This document shows, piece by piece, positions 1 to 11,137 of a DNA stretch of 64,000 bases (position 1 is the stretch's first letter; each line of letters starts with the position of its first letter). This DNA is from Candidatus Moraniibacteriota bacterium (GTDB taxonomy: Bacteria > Patescibacteriota > Minisyncoccia > Moranbacterales > JBBINP01). The notes beneath the pieces were generated by a model. That model did no database searches. It was not told the origin of the DNA and saw only the letters and a program-made list of their open reading frames with translations. Both the position numbers and the translations under genes were made by a program. Where the stretch lies: assembly GCA_037443825.1 (NCBI GenBank), contig JBBINP010000001.1, forward strand, positions 1,430-65,429, given 5' to 3'.

Positions 1-1
1 C

Positions 2-682
2 AGAATTATTCTCTGGACACCCGGAACAGGAACTGCTCCCCTTTATTCCGGTCAAACGGGTACAGTTGGGGCAACGGCTTCTCATCCTACGCCGGGAACA
101 GGAAGTCTGGGAGCGAGTTTGTCAAGGACTCAATTTACAACATCCACAACAGCAGGCAACGCATCCGGTTTGCGTTCGCCGCTGGCAACAGCTTTGATTG
201 GCAACGCGACGGCTAGAGGCGGATTTTTCTTTAACGCCAGGTTTAATCAAGGATCTTTGCATACGAACGGAGTGCAAAAAATGGTGGGACTTTCTTCTTC
301 CACCGCATTGTTGGCCGGCGAGCCTTCTTCGTCAATGGCGGATTTTATCGGCATGTGTTTGGATTCAACTGACACCACCTGGCAATTTACGCGAAGGACC
401 GGATCAGGCGCCGCAACCAAAGTCAATCTTGGCGTAACTCCCGCTGCCGACCAAGTATTTGAAATAACGATGTTTACTCCTCCGGGCGGCTCGGCGATAA
501 ATGTTAGAATTCTGCAACATGCAAACAATGGATCTTCGACAGTTTTGTTGGATGCTAGTTATAACACGTCTATTCCAGCTGCGACAACCTTTTTGGGAAT
601 GCACCTTCAAGTGCGCAATGGAGCATTGGCGGCAGCGCACAATATTGCGATGAGTCGTATGTACCTTGAATCGGATTTCTAA
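2..682 (+). CDS. 5'-truncated gene (runs off the window start), C-terminal ~225 aa of a larger secreted/surface protein; Gly/Thr/Ser/Ala-rich, beta-rich, lectin- or tail-fibre-like domain
   Basis: Frame 2 is open from nt 2 with no stop until 682; the ORF track only reports it from the first Met at 119. The region is visibly more GC-rich than the rest of the window. The fold assignment is a guess. Confidence 0.45.
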   Translation, partial: RIILWTPGTGTAPLYSGQTGTVGATASHPTPGTGSLGASLSRTQFTTSTTAGNASGLRSPLATALIGNATARGGFFFNARFNQGSLHTNGVQKMVGLSSSTALLAGEPSSSMADFIGMCLDSTDTTWQFTRRTGSGAATKVNLGVTPAADQVFEITMFTPPGGSAINVRILQHANNGSSTVLLDASYNTSIPAATTFLGMHLQVRNGALAAAHNIAMSRMYLESDF

Positions 683-705
683 TAAATTTAAAGTGCAAAA
701 TAAAA

Positions 706-1443
706 ATGAAAAAGACAATCGTAATTATAATATTCGCAACCATAGTCGGGTCTCCGTTTGAAGCCGGAGCTGCTTATGTCGCCGATATTTCACAGAACAA
801 AATAAAAATTGAAGGTGATTGCTTGTCTAAAGAAGCGACGGTCGCGTTGGCCAAGACGGAGCAGCCCGAAAAGATCGTTTATTCCGGTTCCGTTGCCTGT
901 GTTGAGTGGAGGTTCAATTTTGTTGATGATCTCTTATTGTGGAATATGGACGACGGCAGATATTACATATTGATTGACGGCCGCAAGTCGGGAAAGACCA
1001 TAGAGCGCAAAGAAGCGGTTATGAAAATTGGCGATGAAGATCCGGGGGTGGAAACTATCCGCGCATCATCTGTTGAAAGCGTTGTTCTAGAAGATGCGGC
1101 CGCCAATCCGGCGCCGGTGGAAGAATCAAGCTTGTCCGCGCCGGAAATTCAGTCCGCGGGCGACGGCTTTGGCGATGCCATGGCCAATTTCGGCGAAGGA
1201 ATAAATCAAATGAACCAGTCGCTTGATCAGATGGATTCAAACTATCCGAACTCCAAATACGCCGACAATATTTTTGTCAAGACGCTCATTGATCTTTTGC
1301 GCGACGCCCTGTCCGTTTTGGCGAATTTGTTCAGGCAATTGGTTGGCGATATCGGAGCGGCGGGAATTTCTCCATCGGGCGGCGACAAAAACGTTCCGGC
1401 CGGATCGGACAACGGACAATCCTCTTCGGACATTCAATCGTAA
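706..1443 (+). CDS. secreted hypothetical protein (N-terminal signal peptide)
   Basis: ATG at 706 followed by a hydrophobic N-terminal segment (MKKTIVIIIFATIVGSPFEAGAA). No recognisable catalytic motif. A terminator hairpin follows. Confidence 0.6.
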   Translation: MKKTIVIIIFATIVGSPFEAGAAYVADISQNKIKIEGDCLSKEATVALAKTEQPEKIVYSGSVACVEWRFNFVDDLLLWNMDDGRYYILIDGRKSGKTIERKEAVMKIGDEDPGVETIRASSVESVVLEDAAANPAPVEESSLSAPEIQSAGDGFGDAMANFGEGINQMNQSLDQMDSNYPNSKYADNIFVKTLIDLLRDALSVLANLFRQLVGDIGAAGISPSGGDKNVPAGSDNGQSSSDIQS

Positions 1444-1469
1444 AAAAAACAAAAGAAATTTTCAAAAAA

Positions 1470-1500
1470 ACCGAGACCGTCCCCGCTCTCGGTTTTTGAT
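1470..1500 (+). terminator. rho-independent terminator (ACCGAGA-loop-TCTCGGT plus T-run)
   Basis: 7-bp perfect stem at 1470-1476/1487-1493 followed by TTTTT; located 27 nt after the stop of 706..1443. Confidence 0.6.
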
Positions 1501-1555
1501 TTTTTCCGTTTTGTGGTATATTAATAAACAGGATAAGGAACTCTGCGAAAAAAAT

Positions 1556-2341
1556 ATGGAAAATGAAGAAAATAAAAATCCGGTCCAAAAATACGACAAA
1601 AAAAAATTCATAAAAATCGGAATATATACCCTGGCCGCGTTTTTGGTCGCGGGACTGGCTTTTTCCTCTTTTTATTTTTATCAGAAGTATAAAAAAGCGA
1701 GCGTCGTTCCTCCGCCGGAAGACAAGCGCGACGAGACGGCGAAAATCACGGATGAAATAAAAACTTTTATGCTCCTTCCGGACGAGACGCCGACATTGGC
1801 CACGGTAACGGACGCGGAGCAGGCTAAAAACCAGCCCTTTTTCGCGAAAGCGTTAAACGGAGACAAGGTGCTGATATACGTAAACGCCAAAAAAGCCATT
1901 CTTTACCGGCCGGCGGAAAGAAAAATAATTGAAGTGGCCAATGTTTCCGGCCTGGAAGAAAAACAAAGCGCCGATTTGCAGGTTGTGTCCCATGGACAGC
2001 CGGAAAATAACGGGGATTTAAAAAATTCGGTAGCCGGCGAGGAATCGGAGCAGTTGGCCGCGCCGAAAACCGTGAAAGCGGCGGTATATAACGGTTCAAA
2101 CACCAAGGGTTTGGCGGCCAAGCTGGCCGAAAAAATCAATAGTTTGGAAAACGTTGAAATTACGGAAAAATCAAACGCCAAAGGTTCGTATGACGTTACT
2201 TTCGTGATTGACTTGACCGGTGAAAACGCGGATATGTGCGAAAAGATAGCGCAAGCTGTCGGCGGAAGGATGAGTGTTTTTCCCGAAGATGAAATCAAGC
2301 CGGAAGGAGCGGATATTCTGGTGATTGGCGGAAAACAATAG
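1556..2341 (+). CDS. membrane-anchored protein with C-terminal LytR_C (LytR/CpsA/Psr C-terminal) domain
   Basis: The ORF track starts at 1223 and overlaps the upstream gene, so the start was moved to the in-frame ATG at 1556 (MENEENK...). One TM helix (IGIYTLAAFLVAGLAFSSFYFY). The C-terminal segment AAVYNGSNTKGLAAKLAEKINSLENVEI...DVTFVIDLTGENADMCEKIAQAVGG...ADILVIGG is typical of LytR_C. Confidence 0.6.
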   Translation: MENEENKNPVQKYDKKKFIKIGIYTLAAFLVAGLAFSSFYFYQKYKKASVVPPPEDKRDETAKITDEIKTFMLLPDETPTLATVTDAEQAKNQPFFAKALNGDKVLIYVNAKKAILYRPAERKIIEVANVSGLEEKQSADLQVVSHGQPENNGDLKNSVAGEESEQLAAPKTVKAAVYNGSNTKGLAAKLAEKINSLENVEITEKSNAKGSYDVTFVIDLTGENADMCEKIAQAVGGRMSVFPEDEIKPEGADILVIGGKQ

Positions 2342-2390
2342 CCGTTTTGCGCGGAACGCCGGACTTTGAAAAAACCGCGAAAAAAATATT

Positions 2391-3440
2391 ATGAAATTTG
2401 TTATTTCTTTCATTCAACAAAATGTGATTTGGAGCGATATCGTTTTGCTGTTTGGCGGGGCGGCGGCAGGTGCGGGATTTTGGTTTTTTTGGCGCGCGCG
2501 GAAAAAATACGATTCTTCCGGATGGATAAATTACACGGTGGAGGAGAAAGACAATCTCAAAAATCTTTCTGAAAAATTTTTTGTGGACTGGGAGGTTCTG
2601 GCCAGAATCAATCGCATCAAGCCGCCTTATGTTCTGGATGCCGGCAGTGTTATTTTGGTTCCGCCGTCCGGAGTTGTTCCGCGAAACGCGCAAACGCCCG
2701 CGGGCGAAACGACGGAAAATTTTTCAGGCGAAGCGGAAACAGAATCGCGCCTCTTTCCTTTTGTTGGGCAATCCGCTGAAAGTATGGACAAAAATTTTTC
2801 GGCGAATGAAAAAAACAAAACGAATTTGCCGGCGGAGCGTTCCGGACAAAAAGCGATGATTCAAACAATAACGGATTCCGCCGAATTTCAGCCGCGCCAA
2901 GCGAAAACTTTTCATCTGGCGAAATTGAAATGGCTGGCGGCAACCCTTGTTTTGGCGGTTGGATTGGCTGGAGGACTGTTTTTTATTTTTAAAACAAAAA
3001 GAAAAAGCGTTCAAAGCGAAAAAAGCGCGTCTATTGTTTCTTTGAGCGAAGACAAAGAAAACGCGGGCGGACCGGAAACGGAAAATCGCGAAATTGCTTT
3101 GCCTCCCGCGGAGGAAAAGGAAAAGAAATCGCAAGAAAATGATTTGACGGACAAGAATGAACTGGAAATTAAAGTGTTAAACGGCGGCGCGCCGGCCGGA
3201 ATGGCCGAGAAAACAAAAGATTATCTGATTGAAAGCGGTTACGCGAAAGCGGCGGCGGCTAACGCTGAAAAAGACGGCAAAAAAGGAAACACCGTTTTTT
3301 ATCAGGACAAAAAACTTGAAACATTCGCCCGGCAAATAAGCAGCGATCTTCTTAAAAACAGAAAAATAGCCGCCGATGTCAAAGAAGCTGTTTCGGCGGA
3401 AGAAAAAAGCGCGTCAATCGTGATTGTTCTCGGCCAATAA
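2391..3440 (+). CDS. membrane protein with LysM domain and C-terminal LytR_C domain
   Basis: N-terminal TM helix, then a LysM-like segment (YTVEEKDNLKNLSEKFFVDWEVLARINRIKPPYVLDAGSVILVP). The C-terminus (LEIKVLNGGAPAGMAEKTKDYLIESGYAKAAAANAEKDGKKGNTVFY...IVIVLGQ) is LytR_C-like and paralogous to the upstream gene. Confidence 0.6.
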   Translation: MKFVISFIQQNVIWSDIVLLFGGAAAGAGFWFFWRARKKYDSSGWINYTVEEKDNLKNLSEKFFVDWEVLARINRIKPPYVLDAGSVILVPPSGVVPRNAQTPAGETTENFSGEAETESRLFPFVGQSAESMDKNFSANEKNKTNLPAERSGQKAMIQTITDSAEFQPRQAKTFHLAKLKWLAATLVLAVGLAGGLFFIFKTKRKSVQSEKSASIVSLSEDKENAGGPETENREIALPPAEEKEKKSQENDLTDKNELEIKVLNGGAPAGMAEKTKDYLIESGYAKAAAANAEKDGKKGNTVFYQDKKLETFARQISSDLLKNRKIAADVKEAVSAEEKSASIVIVLGQ

Positions 3441-3558
3441 AAAAACAGAAACTGTGGATAAGAAGTGGATTAAAAGGATTTTTTTTCGCGGCGGAAGCGC
3501 AAGCGCGGTCAATCAAAAAATTTCTGATTGTGAAAAAAATATTTTAAATAAAGCGCAT

Positions 3559-3587
3559 TTGACATTTTTCAGGGAATCTGCTAATAT
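3559..3587 (+). promoter_or_regulatory. sigma70-like promoter upstream of rpoB (TTGACA-17-TAATAT)
   Basis: -35 TTGACA at 3559-3564, a 17-nt spacer, and -10 TAATAT at 3582-3587. Two hairpins (CCCCGCGATT...AATCGGCGGGG; CTCGCC-A7-GGCGAG) lie in the ~300-nt leader before rpoB. Confidence 0.4.
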
Positions 3588-3905
3588 AAAATTTGAAAAA
3601 ATATCAAATAAAACGCCCGACTTCTTGCTTTATTTTCTTATTGTCTGTATAATAGATAATGTTTGTCAACCCCGCGATTAAAAAATCGGCGGGGGTGTGG
3701 TGTCTTTACAAATAAAATTATCGCTTTTCCGGCATCCATTTAAAATAAAAATCATTGTTTTCTCGCCGAAAAAAAGGCGAGGCCGAGGGTGAATGGATTA
3801 TTTTTTTAAGAACAATTAAATATCTTTAATTAAAAAACTCATTGCAAATTTGCTTGTTTTCCAGACATTTAGCAAAACAAGAAATGTCAAATGAGGGTTG
3901 TTTTT

Positions 3906-6900
3906 ATGCTTTTACAACCGAAGACGCTTAAAGTCAGAGATTCTTTTGGCGCCGCATCTTCCCTTTCCAGGCGCAAATTTTTTAAAAAACGTTTAATAGT
4001 GTCTTTGCCGAATCTGATTGAAGCGCAAACCGGATCCTATCGCTGGTTTTTGGAAAAAGGACTCATGGAGTTGCTGGATGAAATTAATCCCATCGGCGAC
4101 TTTGCCGGCAAAGATCTGGAGCTTTCCATCTCTGATTATTATTTGGATGATCCCAAATATTCTGAAGCATTGGCGCGCGCCAAAAATGTTTCCTTTGAAG
4201 CCCCGCTTAGGGCCAAAGCGCGTCTCATTATCAAAAAAACCGGAGAAATAAAAGAACAGGAAATTTATTTAGGCGATTTTCCAATAATGACGGATCGCGG
4301 AACTTTCATTATTAATGGCGTGGAACGCGTGGTGGTTAGCCAACTTATTCGCAGTCCGGGGGTGTTTTTCACCATGGATTATCAAAAAGGCAAAAAACTT
4401 TTTGGAGCTAAAATCATTCCAAATCGCGGCGCTTGGCTGGAATTGGACACGGACTTGGATGGTGTGATTTCAGTTAAAATTGACAGGAAACGGAAAGTGC
4501 CCGCCACTTCTTTGTTGCGGGCGTTTGGTTATGGAACCGATGAAAAAATAAAAAACGCTTTCGCCGATGTTGACAAGGGGGAAATACAATACATTGAAGC
4601 GACACTGAATAAGGATCCGGCCAAAAATCAAGGCGATGGCTACAGGGAAGTTTACAAAAGAATACGTCCGGGAGATTTGGCGACTGAAGATAACGCCAAA
4701 CAAATGATAGATGCCATGTTTTTTAATTTTGAACGTTACGATTTCGGCAATGTGGGGCGCTATCGCCTTAACCAGCGATTGAATGTCAATCGCGATGATT
4801 CGGAAGAAAATCGGGTTTTGCTGGTGGATGATTTGATTCTTGTCATTAAGGAAATTATCGCTTTGAACAATAACCCTTTGGCGCAGGCGGATGATATTGA
4901 TCATCTGGGCAACAGGCGCGTCCGCTCCATGGGTGAATTGGTGCAAAATAAACTGCGCATCGGATTGGCTCGCTTGTCTCGCAATGTCAAAGACCGAATG
5001 AGTACTTGCGATGTTGCCACGGTATTGCCGGGACAATTGGTCAATTCGCGCCCGATCGCGGCGGCAATCAAAGAATTTTTTTCCAGTTCTCAACTCTCCC
5101 AGTTTATGGATCAGGTTAATCCATTGGCGGAACTGGAGCACAAGCGACGTTTTTCGGCTATGGGACCTGGCGGTCTCACGCGCGAACGCGCCGGTTTTGA
5201 AGTGCGCGACGTGCATCATTCCCACTACGGACGCATTTGTCCGGTGGAAACGCCGGAAGGTCCGAACATCGGCTTGGTCGGACATATGGCGAGTTACGCG
5301 CGCATAAACGACTATGGATTTTTAGAAACTCCTTATTTGAAAATAAGTCATTTTGTTGAAAATAAAAAAGACCGGCTGATCAACAGAATTTTAAATGAAA
5401 ATGTCGCCGGCATGAAAGCGGGAGAAAAAATCACTCCTGAAATCGCCGAGAAATTGACAACGGTTAAACAAAAAGAAATTCGCGTCAAGCCGTTTATTAT
5501 TCAAGAAGCGGAATATATGAATGCTACCGTGGAGGATCGCAATATTATCGCTCACGCGGGCATCAATACTGATGAAAATTACAATGTTACGGATGATTTT
5601 GTGGAAGCGCGGGTGAAAGGGCAGCCGGAAATTATTGAAGCGGAAAAATTGAATTATATTGATGTTTCCGCCAAACAATGCGTTTCCGTCGCGACCTCGC
5701 TCATTCCCTTTTTGGAACATGACGACGCCAATCGAGCATTGATGGGTTCTAATATGCAGCGCCAGGCGGTGCCTTGCATCGTTCCTCAGTCGCCGGTGGT
5801 GGGGACTGGCATTGAAGACAAGGCCGCGTCCGATTCGGGACAAGTCGTGCTGGCGGCGGAAGACGGAGAGGTTGTTGAAGTTGACGCCAGACATATCGTG
5901 ATTCGCGAAAAAGCCCCGATAGGATCCAAAAAAGATTATTATAACCGCGAATATCGCTTGCTTAATTTTGCCAAATCCAACGCTTTCACCAGCATGAGTC
6001 AGTCGCCACGAGTCAGTAAAGGACAGGTTGTCAAAAAAGGCGATCTGTTGGCGGACGGAGCGGCTACGGATAACGGAGAATTGGCTCTTGGCCAAAATGT
6101 TTTGGTGGCTTTTGCTCTTTGGGAGGGATTTAACTTTGAAGATGCCATCATAATTTCCGAGCGTCTTTTGCAGGATGACCGCTACAGTTCTATTCATATT
6201 GAAGATTTTTCCATTGACGTGCGCGACACCAAGCTCGGGCCGGAAGTGGTAACTCGCGATATTCCGAATATCGGAGAGGAGCGTCTCAGGAATCTTGACG
6301 AGACGGGTATTATTCACGTTGGCGCGGAAGTTTCTTCGGGCGACATTCTGGTTGGAAAAATAACTCCCAAGGGCGAAGGCGATCTCACTCCCGAAGAACG
6401 TCTTTTGCGCGCGATTTTTGGAGAAAAGTCCCGCGACGTAAAAGACAGCTCGCTCTATCTTCCGCACGGGGAACACGGCAAAGTGGTGGACATTAAAATT
6501 CTTTCCCGCGATCAGGGAGACAAGCTTTCAACCGGAGTCATTAAACAAATTCAAGTTTCAGTCGCCCAGCTTCGCAAAGTGGCCGTGGGCGATAAGTTGG
6601 CCGGGCGGCATGGCAACAAAGGAGTTATTTCCCGCATTGCGCCGGTGGAAGATATGCCGTATCTGGCCGACGGAATGCCGGTGGACGTTATTCTGAATCC
6701 GTTGGGAGTGGCCAGCCGTATGAATATCGGTCAAATTTTGGAAACTCATCTTGGTTGGGCGGCGAGCCGCCTTGGTTACACCGTCGCTTCTCCGGTGCTG
6801 GACGGAGTTAGTGAGGATGATATTAAACACGAATTGAAAAAGGCGGGTCTTCCAGACAGCGGAAAAGTCAAACTCATTGACGGTAAAACAGGGGAATATT

Positions 6901-7313
6901 TTAACGGAGAATCAACCGTCGGAATAATGTATATTATGAAACTCAATCATTTGGTGGATGACAAAATTCACATGCGTTCAATCGGTCCTTATTCTCTCAT
7001 CACTCAGCAACCATTGGGCGGCAAAGCCCAGTTTGGAGGACAACGCTTTGGAGAAATGGAAGTGTGGGCGCTGGAAGGGTACGGCGCGGCTCACACTCTT
7101 CAGGAAATGCTGACAATAAAATCAGACGATGTTTTGGGGCGATCTAAAGCTTATGAATCAATCATTAAGGGTGAAAAAATAAAGAGTCCCAATATTCCCG
7201 CTTCTTTTCATGTTTTGGTCAATGAACTGAAAGGTCTTTGTCTTAACATTGAGCTTGTTCAAAGCAAGATTCAAGATGAAAAAGAAGAGTCCAAAAAAGC
7301 GGATAAAAAATAA
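3906..7313 (+). CDS. rpoB: DNA-directed RNA polymerase subunit beta
   Basis: Unmistakable RpoB motifs throughout the 1135-1140 aa product, including PNLIEAQ, GTFIINGVERVVVSQL, and NMQRQAVP. The start was placed at ATG 3906 because a GAGGG motif lies 8 nt upstream; an alternative in-frame ATG is at 3891. Confidence 0.95.
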   Translation: MLLQPKTLKVRDSFGAASSLSRRKFFKKRLIVSLPNLIEAQTGSYRWFLEKGLMELLDEINPIGDFAGKDLELSISDYYLDDPKYSEALARAKNVSFEAPLRAKARLIIKKTGEIKEQEIYLGDFPIMTDRGTFIINGVERVVVSQLIRSPGVFFTMDYQKGKKLFGAKIIPNRGAWLELDTDLDGVISVKIDRKRKVPATSLLRAFGYGTDEKIKNAFADVDKGEIQYIEATLNKDPAKNQGDGYREVYKRIRPGDLATEDNAKQMIDAMFFNFERYDFGNVGRYRLNQRLNVNRDDSEENRVLLVDDLILVIKEIIALNNNPLAQADDIDHLGNRRVRSMGELVQNKLRIGLARLSRNVKDRMSTCDVATVLPGQLVNSRPIAAAIKEFFSSSQLSQFMDQVNPLAELEHKRRFSAMGPGGLTRERAGFEVRDVHHSHYGRICPVETPEGPNIGLVGHMASYARINDYGFLETPYLKISHFVENKKDRLINRILNENVAGMKAGEKITPEIAEKLTTVKQKEIRVKPFIIQEAEYMNATVEDRNIIAHAGINTDENYNVTDDFVEARVKGQPEIIEAEKLNYIDVSAKQCVSVATSLIPFLEHDDANRALMGSNMQRQAVPCIVPQSPVVGTGIEDKAASDSGQVVLAAEDGEVVEVDARHIVIREKAPIGSKKDYYNREYRLLNFAKSNAFTSMSQSPRVSKGQVVKKGDLLADGAATDNGELALGQNVLVAFALWEGFNFEDAIIISERLLQDDRYSSIHIEDFSIDVRDTKLGPEVVTRDIPNIGEERLRNLDETGIIHVGAEVSSGDILVGKITPKGEGDLTPEERLLRAIFGEKSRDVKDSSLYLPHGEHGKVVDIKILSRDQGDKLSTGVIKQIQVSVAQLRKVAVGDKLAGRHGNKGVISRIAPVEDMPYLADGMPVDVILNPLGVASRMNIGQILETHLGWAASRLGYTVASPVLDGVSEDDIKHELKKAGLPDSGKVKLIDGKTGEYFNGESTVGIMYIMKLNHLVDDKIHMRSIGPYSLITQQPLGGKAQFGGQRFGEMEVWALEGYGAAHTLQEMLTIKSDDVLGRSKAYESIIKGEKIKSPNIPASFHVLVNELKGLCLNIELVQSKIQDEKEESKKADKK

Positions 7314-7333
7314 CTTTTTTAGCCATAAACAAA

Positions 7334-10300
7334 ATGGAAAATATTACTAAAGTCAGTGATTTTGACAGCGTTCGTCTGAAATTAGCCAGTCCGGAAGAAA
7401 TTTTAAATTGGTCTCATGGAGAAGTAAGCAAACCGGAAACCATCAACTATCGCACTCAGCGGTATGAAAAGGAAGGCCTTTTTTGCGAAAAGATATTCGG
7501 TCCGGCTAAAGACTGGGAATGTTATTGCGGAAAATACAAACGCATCCGCTATAAAGGCATTGTTTGCGACAAGTGCGGCGTGGAAGTTACGCGTTCCATA
7601 GTACGACGTGAAAGACTGGGGCACATTAAATTGGCAGTGCCGGTTTCTCATATTTGGTTTTTGCGCGGAGTTCCGTCGCGTGTTGGTCTGGCCTTGGGAA
7701 TATCCGTTCAAGAAGCGGAGAAAGTTATTTATTTTTCTTCCTATATCATCAGCGAAGTGAATGAAAAAGAAAGGGAAAAAGCTCTGAGTCAGCTGGAACA
7801 GGAATACAAATCAAAACAAAAAGAAATACGCGACAAAAACGCCGGCAAGGACGATCGGGCGCTGGAGGCGATATTTGAAGAACTGAAAGATGCTTATCGT
7901 TCAACCAAAGATGAATTGAAAAACCTAAAGCCGTTGCGCATACTTTCGGAAATTGAATATTTCAATCTTTCCTCCCGTTTCGGACAAGTTTTTATGGCGG
8001 GAATCGGAGCGGAAACCATTCGCAAAATTCTGGAAAAAATCAATACCGACGAGATGATAAATAAAATAAGCGCGGAACTGGAAGAAAACAAGTCGGGAGA
8101 CAACAAAAAAGCGTTGCAGCGCATCAAACTTTTTCAGGGATTAAAAAAATCCAAAATCAAATTGGAATGGATGTTGCCGACTGTCATTCCTGTGATTCCT
8201 CCCGACTTGCGGCCGATGGTGGCGCTGGATGGCGGGCGTTTTGCCACCTCCGACCTCAACGATCTTTATCGCCGGATTATCAACCGCAACAATCGCCTGA
8301 AAAAATTAATTGAACTTGGAGCGCCGGAAGTGATAACGAGAAATGAAAAAAGAATGCTACAAGAAGCAGTGGACGCCCTTTTTGACAACAGCACCCGCCA
8401 TGGACAGGTTTCCGTGACGGCTTCCACTGGCCAAAAAAGAGCTCTGAAATCACTGGCTGATTCGCTTAAAGGCAAACAAGGACGTTTCCGCCAGAACTTG
8501 CTCGGAAAAAGAGTTGACTATTCGGGCCGCAGCGTGATTGTGGTGGGTCCGAAGCTTAAACTCCATCAAACCGGATTGCCGAAAAAAATGGCTCTGGAGC
8601 TTTTTAAGCCGTTTATTATCAACAAACTCATAGAGCGGGAATACGCGCACAATGTGCGCACGGCCGGAAGAATGGTGGATTCTGAAGCGGAGGAGGCGTA
8701 TGAAATTTTGGATGAAATAATTGAAAATCATTTTGTTTTGCTTAATCGCGCTCCGACTTTGCATCGTTTGTCCATTCAGGCTTTTCAGCCGGTTCTGATC
8801 GAAGGCAAGGCGATCCAGGTGCATCCGATGGTGTGTTCGGCGTTTAATGCCGATTTTGACGGAGATCAGATGGCGGTGCACGTTCCATTGACGGATCAGG
8901 CCCGCGAAGAAAGCGCTAATATTATGTTATCCGCCAAAAATCTTTTGAAACCGGCGACCGGCGATCCGATTACGACTCCTTCCCAGGATATCGTGTTGGG
9001 CATTTATTATCTTACTCATATTAAATCGGGCGCCAAAGGTGAAGGAAAAATTTTTTCCTCGGCGGACGAGGCGATTTTGGCGCATCAAAACAATTTTATT
9101 GACATCAATGCCGAAATTCAGGTTATGATCGGGAAAGAAATAAAGAAAACTTCGGCCGGACGGGTGATATTCAACGAGATGTTGCCCGAAGAACTGCGTT
9201 TTATCAACAACGAAATGATCAAAAAAGATCTCAAAACATTGATGGCCAAAGTGCTTGAAATAAAAGGACAGCAGGAAGCCGCCGAGCTGATTGATCATAT
9301 CAAGGATTTAGGTTTTCGCGCGGCAAGCAAATCCGGAATCAGCTGGGGAATGGACGATCTTACCGTTCCTGTCGAGAAAAAAGGAATTGTCGCCGCGGCT
9401 GAAAAAGAAGTGGAAACAATTAAAAACCAGTATAACATAGGACTTTTGACCAACGAAGAGCGTAAAAGCCGGATTATTGAAGTTTGGAATAACGCCAAAA
9501 ATAAAATTGCTGACGCGGTTAGCCGTTCTATTGATAAGGAGGGGCCGGTTTACTCAATGGTTTATTCCAAGGCGCGCGGATCGGAGTCGGTAGTGGTGCA
9601 GATGACCGGTATGAAAGGTTTGGTGGCTGGCCCGACGGGAGAAACAATTGAATTGCCGGTCAAGAGTTCGTTCAAGGAAGGTTTCAACGTGTTGGAATAT
9701 TTTATTTCCACTCATGGAGCCAGAAAAGGAATGGCCGATACGGCTTTGCGCACGGCAACAGCCGGTTATCTCACGCGTCGTTTGGTGGATGTGACTCAGG
9801 ATATTATTGTCCGGGAGGCGGATTGCAAGGAAAAAAACGGCGCTTATCTTTACAAAGCCGATTCGGATAAAATTGGACAGAGTTTTGCTTCCCGCGTAGA
9901 AGGGCGTTTTGCGCTGGAAGACATTGTTAATCCCAAAAACAAGAAAATCATTGCCGCCAAAGGCGAAATGATAGGCAAAGAGCAAGCCAATGAAATAGAA
10001 GAACTGAATATTGAAAAAATAAAAATTCGCAACGTGGTTTCTTGCAAAACCAGGCGCGGAGTATGCCAAAAATGTTATGGTAAAGATTTGGGGCGCAATG
10101 AGCTGGTTCAAATCGGTCAGGCGGTCGGCATTGTGGCGGCTCAAGCTATTGGCGAGCCGGGAACCCAGCTGACAATGCGCACCTTTCATGTCGGAGGAGT
10201 GGCCGGTTCGGATATTACGCAGGGTCTTCCGCGCGTGGAAGAAATTTTTGAAGCCCGTCCGCCCAAAGGCGAATCGGTGATTGCTGAAACAGACGGAAAA

Positions 10301-10927
10301 GTTACGGATGTTGTTAATGAAAATAAGAAAGTTATCACGATAAAAATTGAAAGCCAGGACAATGAAAAAACGGTGCGCGAATATCAGGTTTCAGCCGATA
10401 CCACGATCAGGGTGGAAAAAGGACAATTAATCGGCAAAGGAACCCAGCTTAACGAAGGCCACATAGACCTTAAAAAAATCTACGAGATTATGGGTATTGA
10501 AGAGTTTCATCGTTATATCCTCAGGGAAATCCAGGAAATTTATGCCGCGCAGGGCGAAGGCATCAATGACAAACACATTGAAATCATTATTAAACAAATG
10601 CTTTCCCGCATCAAAATTTCCGATCCCGGAAACACCTATCTTTTGCCGGGGGACATTGTTGAAAAGGACCAATTTGAAGAAGCTAACGCTGAGGCGAAAA
10701 AACAAGGCGGCAGGGCCGCGGCCGGCGATTGCGTGGTTATGGGAATTACCAAGGCGGCGCTTTCCACTGAATCTTTTCTTTCAGCGGCTTCCTTTCAGGA
10801 AACTACGCGGGTTTTGATCAACGCGGCGATTGTCGGCAAAGAAGACCGCTTGCGCGGACCCAAAGAAAACGTCATTATCGGACGCTTGATTCCGGCTGGA
10901 ACCGGTTTTCAAACCAGATCCGAGTAG
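7334..10927 (+). CDS. rpoC: DNA-directed RNA polymerase subunit beta'
   Basis: 1197 aa. A zinc finger at [21 protein letters not shown], the NADFDGD catalytic motif, and RpoC conservation throughout. Confidence 0.95.
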   Translation: MENITKVSDFDSVRLKLASPEEILNWSHGEVSKPETINYRTQRYEKEGLFCEKIFGPAKDWECYCGKYKRIRYKGIVCDKCGVEVTRSIVRRERLGHIKLAVPVSHIWFLRGVPSRVGLALGISVQEAEKVIYFSSYIISEVNEKEREKALSQLEQEYKSKQKEIRDKNAGKDDRALEAIFEELKDAYRSTKDELKNLKPLRILSEIEYFNLSSRFGQVFMAGIGAETIRKILEKINTDEMINKISAELEENKSGDNKKALQRIKLFQGLKKSKIKLEWMLPTVIPVIPPDLRPMVALDGGRFATSDLNDLYRRIINRNNRLKKLIELGAPEVITRNEKRMLQEAVDALFDNSTRHGQVSVTASTGQKRALKSLADSLKGKQGRFRQNLLGKRVDYSGRSVIVVGPKLKLHQTGLPKKMALELFKPFIINKLIEREYAHNVRTAGRMVDSEAEEAYEILDEIIENHFVLLNRAPTLHRLSIQAFQPVLIEGKAIQVHPMVCSAFNADFDGDQMAVHVPLTDQAREESANIMLSAKNLLKPATGDPITTPSQDIVLGIYYLTHIKSGAKGEGKIFSSADEAILAHQNNFIDINAEIQVMIGKEIKKTSAGRVIFNEMLPEELRFINNEMIKKDLKTLMAKVLEIKGQQEAAELIDHIKDLGFRAASKSGISWGMDDLTVPVEKKGIVAAAEKEVETIKNQYNIGLLTNEERKSRIIEVWNNAKNKIADAVSRSIDKEGPVYSMVYSKARGSESVVVQMTGMKGLVAGPTGETIELPVKSSFKEGFNVLEYFISTHGARKGMADTALRTATAGYLTRRLVDVTQDIIVREADCKEKNGAYLYKADSDKIGQSFASRVEGRFALEDIVNPKNKKIIAAKGEMIGKEQANEIEELNIEKIKIRNVVSCKTRRGVCQKCYGKDLGRNELVQIGQAVGIVAAQAIGEPGTQLTMRTFHVGGVAGSDITQGLPRVEEIFEARPPKGESVIAETDGKVTDVVNENKKVITIKIESQDNEKTVREYQVSADTTIRVEKGQLIGKGTQLNEGHIDLKKIYEIMGIEEFHRYILREIQEIYAAQGEGINDKHIEIIIKQMLSRIKISDPGNTYLLPGDIVEKDQFEEANAEAKKQGGRAAAGDCVVMGITKAALSTESFLSAASFQETTRVLINAAIVGKEDRLRGPKENVIIGRLIPAGTGFQTRSE

Positions 10928-10950
10928 CCGCGATTTTTAAATTTGGTTTT

Positions 10951-10981
10951 CGCCCCGCCTGAAACGGCGGGGTTTTTTTAT
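10951..10981 (+). terminator. rho-independent terminator after rpoC (CCCCGCC-loop-GGCGGGG plus T7)
   Basis: GC-rich 7-bp stem at 10953-10959/10966-10972 followed by TTTTTTT. Confidence 0.7.
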
Positions 10982-11066
10982 TTCAAAATTGACTATTTGA
11001 TTGCGTCAAGATATTATAAAAAAAGACTTTCGGCGGACGCGACGCCTGCCGATTTTGTGTCCGTAT

Positions 11067-11137
11067 CGGAGCGTGGTGTAATGGCAGCACGAGTGCTTTG
11101 GGAGCATTTAGTCCGAGTTCGACTCTCGGCGCTCCGA
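11067..11137 (+). tRNA. tRNA-Pro (anticodon UGG), CCA not encoded
   Basis: Manually folded. Acceptor CGGAGCG pairs with CGCTCCG (with a G-U); D-stem GTGT/GCAC; anticodon stem AGTGC/GCATT with loop TTTGGGA (UGG, G37); T-arm CCGAG-TTCGACT-CTCGG; discriminator A. The ORF 10943..11167 overlapping it is spurious. Confidence 0.8.

Noticed and set aside
1223-1555. 5' extension of the ORF 1223-2341 reported by the track
   Set aside because: It overlaps the upstream gene 706-1443 and its terminator. The in-frame ATG at 1556 gives a sensible N-terminus followed by a TM helix.
3424-3681. 85-aa ORF upstream of rpoB
   Set aside because: It overlaps the predicted rpoB promoter and leader hairpins. It has no RBS and the peptide is lysine/phenylalanine-rich junk. 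More likely this is non-coding leader.
4470-6476. Long minus-strand ORFs (4470-5285, 5391-6476) and others inside rpoB and rpoC
   Set aside because: They are antisense to highly conserved RNAP genes, with low-complexity, Arg/Phe-rich translations typical of shadow ORFs.
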